Shown here: positions 60,769-64,000 of the stretch, piece after piece | How the letters are laid out: each line of letters opens with the position of its first letter | Position numbering within the stretch: the stretch's first letter is position 1 | From: Amoebidium appalachense | Lineage: Eukaryota > Protista > Ichthyosporea | Reading direction: 5' to 3' | Assembly (NCBI GenBank): GCA_963693365.1 | Contig: CAVNZM010000015.1 | Location: forward strand, 2,728,001-2,792,000 | DNA length: 64,000 nucleotides | Position numbers and translations under genes: made by a program | Notes under the pieces: generated by a model | What the model was told of the DNA's origin: nothing | Databases searched by the model: none | Seen by the model: only the letters and a program-made list of their open reading frames with translations

Positions 60769-61754
60769 GAGGGAGGGGGTGGGAGGGGTGTGAGGGGGGG
60801 GAGGGGGGGGGGGGGTGGCATTTTTGAGTCGAAATTTCCAGTGGCAAGACTCATGGGTGTGGGCTGTTTCGCAGGTGCCGTGTGCCGGCATCTTCTCCAT
60901 CCGGGCCAGTTTGCCCCCCCCCTGTTCCAAGGTGTGTCCTGGGGGGATAATTCTGAATGTGCCTCCTATAACTGTATTTACCTCCGTTAATTATATCTGT
61001 GTCTTATACCTGTATCAAATTATACATGTCTCTTATACCCGTATCTAATCACATCTGTCTCTTATACCTATGTCTAATCTCCACTGTGAGGTGTGTGCTC
61101 ATAGGTCGAAAATGTGTGTGGCATAACCCCCCCCCCCCCCCCCCCCCCCCCTTCACCATACACACACACACTATCCCCTTCCGCCTCCCTCGCCCCGCCC
61201 TCCAGCCCCTGTTTCAATTTGTGTTCTTATCAATAACCCCCCCCCCCCCTCCCCTCCCCCCTCCCGCTCTCCCCTCCCGCCCTTCCACCTCCACAGATCT
61301 TGTCAAACTCTGCCAGCTGCGACTTCAGGATGGACCGGAGATGGATTTGAGCAGTACACTCGGAGTGTTGGAGGTGGGGGAGGAAATAATGAAAGAAGAA
61401 GGGGGGGGGGGGGCAGGGGCAGGGAGAAGAAAGTGGAGGGAGGGTTTGGAGATGAAACGAACAAAAGAAAAAAAAATGAAGTTGTGGAGTAAAATGAGGC
61501 AGGGGATGTGAGTGCAGGGGACTGGGTGTGTGTGGGCGGGATCCGGGGGGGGGGGAGGGGGGGGGGGGGGGGGGGGCTGGGTTGTGTGTCTGTGTGTGTC
61601 TGTGTGTGTGTCTGTGTGTGTGTGTGTTCGTGTGTGTGTGTGTGTGGTGGTGGTGGTGGTGGTGGTGGGTTGGGGGGAAGGGGGGAGGGTGGGGGGGAGG
61701 AGGTGCCAGGGGATAGTGATGGGATCGTGGCAGTAGGGGTTACAGGGCAATCTT

Positions 61755-61841
<87 letters not shown>

Positions 61842-62269
61842 CGGTTCGCACACGATGACAGTCCGGTATAATATAATTGAAATATGTTCTACGTACGACA
61901 CTACTTGACGTGGACTTGTCAATGATTACGACTGCAAGTGAGCTAATTAGTGTGCTAAGACGATGTGTGTCTGGGTTGATCAGAACAAAAAAAAAAATGC
62001 TGGAGTTGTTGGTGGATTTTCTTGATCGGGTGGTATGGATATATAGGTTGATAACTGAAGTTAGAGCGGGATTCACACTCACCATTTTAACCCCCCCCCA
62101 GACGGTGTCGAAGATATTTGAGGTTGCCGAGGAGAGACAGGACACTCCCTTCCTCAATTTCGGAGATCTACACCACATGGTACCCCCCCCCCCCCCCCCC
62201 CCCCCTCCCCCCGGCACAACATCTACAAAGTTTTCCGTCGTGGGCGTGTTCTTCCTACTCTGTAAAGCA

Positions 62270-62301
<32 letters not shown>

Positions 62302-63067
62302 GCCCTCCCTTCTAAATGTTCCAACACTGCGTGAAGTGAAGGAAGTACAAATGCTGAAGTGAGATTTTCTCTGATGATAATAATAAACATGGAATTTTTA
62401 ATGAACAAATAATGAAAAATCCGACCGGATGGCCCCCACATGTGCGATCTTCCAGTGTCCCGCCGTGGTTGCCGCAGTACACTAACACATTTTCCCCCAC
62501 ATTCCGCACATTCTTCAGGGAGGGGGTGTAAAACTGAGCGAGGGCGTGTTTGGGACGTACCCACTTGTGCTCGATATGGCATCTACTCTTTTGTCGTTTG
62601 TGGGCCACCAAAATGCAAACGTGCAGACGGCGGCTCTCGACTGTTTGCAAAGAATGTTAAAGGTCTACGAAACGAGGATTACGTATCTGCTGAGAGGGAA
62701 ACATGGTGGGTGTAATGGAAATATCAGAGTGAAATATGGGTGGGGTGGGTGTAAGGGGAAGGGGGAGGGCGGGGGAGGAGGGGGGAGGGGGAAGGGATAG
62801 GTGTGTGTGGGTGGCGAGACGAGGATTACCTATCTGCTCAGAAGGAAACATGGTGGGTGTAGTGGAAATTGAATGGAATTTGCATGAACGGTGGTGGGGA
62901 TGGTGGTTGAGAGGGTGGGGGCGGGGATATATGTGTGGGTGTGTGGATGGGCGGGGGGAGAGGGGCGAGAGGGGGTGGGGTGTGTTGGGTGGTGGCTGGG
63001 TGGCTGGGTGGGGTTGGGTGATTGTAGGGTGGAATGGTGGGTGGGTGGGTGGGGTGGGGTCAAGGGT

Positions 63068-63122
<55 letters not shown>

Positions 63123-63337
63123 GTGAGCAAGCAGGTGGGGAGGTGGGGTGGGATGGGATGGGCGGGTAGAGCACCGGGGGGAGGGGAAGAAGGCAGGAAG
63201 TTGTTTGTGTGAGTGGGGGGGTAGGGGGTGTGTGTGTGTGGGTGTGCGTGCGTGTGTGTTTTTTCTTGTGTATGCTCCTTTTTTGCACTGCGTTGTCTGC
63301 CGCTCATCTGTACTTTCTTCCGTACTCTATATCCCAA

Positions 63338-63377
<40 letters not shown>

Positions 63378-63466
63378 TTTCGCCTGGTGTTCAGTCACAG
63401 AGGGCACACCTGAGTCACACCGTCTTCTAGCCGCCGATGTACTTGGGCCGCTTCTCCGTCTACTAG
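56042..63466 (+). CDS. HTT: Huntingtin homologue, N-terminal HEAT region; continues past the window end
   Basis: Exons 56042-56103, 56983-57063, 57617-57737, 58793-58852, 59434-59586, 60416-60563, 60875-60931, 61297-61373, ~61951-62032, 62102-62179, 62519-62705, 63395-63466. Motifs [72 protein letters not shown] and [15 protein letters not shown] match huntingtin. Confidence 0.93.
57300..57500 (-). repeat. Copy of the dispersed intronic repeat family, reverse orientation, in huntingtin intron 2
   Basis: Reverse complement of 28710-28900; the spurious ORFs from the two copies translate almost identically ([21 protein letters not shown]). Confidence 0.88.
60970..61082. repeat. Short tandem repeat, ~31-bp unit, 3-4 copies
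   Basis: Repeated tgtctcttatacc.gtatc.aat. Confidence 0.7.
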
Positions 63467-63599
63467 GTAAATTTGCAAACCCCCCCCCCCCCCCCCTCCC
63501 CTGCCCACCTCTCGGTCTTCCTTTTTGGAGGGCTCCCGTCGCTGACATGTTTAGTTTCTCGTGTGGGTTTTTGTATCCCGGTGCCTGTGTTTTGCCCCC

Positions 63600-63644
<45 letters not shown>

Positions 63645-63920
63645 ACAAAAAAAAAATGAAAAAACATTTTTGTGTGTAACCCCTGTTGCATCCACCCCCC
63701 TTCCCGCTCTCTTTTTTTCACTCCCTTTACTAATCCTCCCTCTATTCTTCTGAGTATCACACACTGCTAGTTCATTACTTCGTGTCATTCAGACCCTCCC
63801 CGCCCCCCGACCCCCAATTCCCCTCCCCTGTGCCCCATTCCCCCCCTCCCTCCCCTCCCCTCTCCCAACCTTTACCTCTCTCTCCCCTCTATGCACCGTC
63901 CACTCAACCAACCCCATCTT

Positions 63921-64000
63921 CCAGAGGATGGGTTCTCTTTATCAAATGGCTGATATTGCTTGCTCACACATTTGCGTCTGCATGTGTCCTGCACCAATTT
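63921..64000 (-). repeat. Partial copy of the dispersed intronic repeat family
   Basis: gaggatgggttctc...gctgatattgc...tgcatgtgtcctgcacca resembles 57365-57452. Confidence 0.65.

Overview
Eukaryotic genomic DNA, probably from a non-animal opisthokont (inferred from gene content; a unicellular holozoan is plausible). Short exons sit in introns packed with poly-G/poly-C and (GT)n/(CA)n tracts, so almost all entries in the ORF track are low-complexity artefacts. Splicing by hand gives seven genes: IBA57 (-, runs off the left end), a sugar-porter MFS transporter (-), an intronless 3-mercaptopyruvate sulfurtransferase (+), a SWI/SNF-subunit-like HMG-box protein with a putative Ssr4-type N-terminal domain and BAF57-like C-terminal half (-), NudE/NDEL1 (+, first intron is a U12-type AT-AC intron), an intronless pogo/CENP-B-type HTH protein with no DDE domain (+), and the 5' part of a polyQ-less huntingtin (+, runs off the right end). 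Other structure: an intron-restricted dispersed repeat family whose orientation follows the host gene, intronic duplicates of neighbouring splice junctions, several minisatellites, and about 12 kb of degenerate paralogous pseudo-exons. All homology calls are by-eye motif recognition, not database searches.
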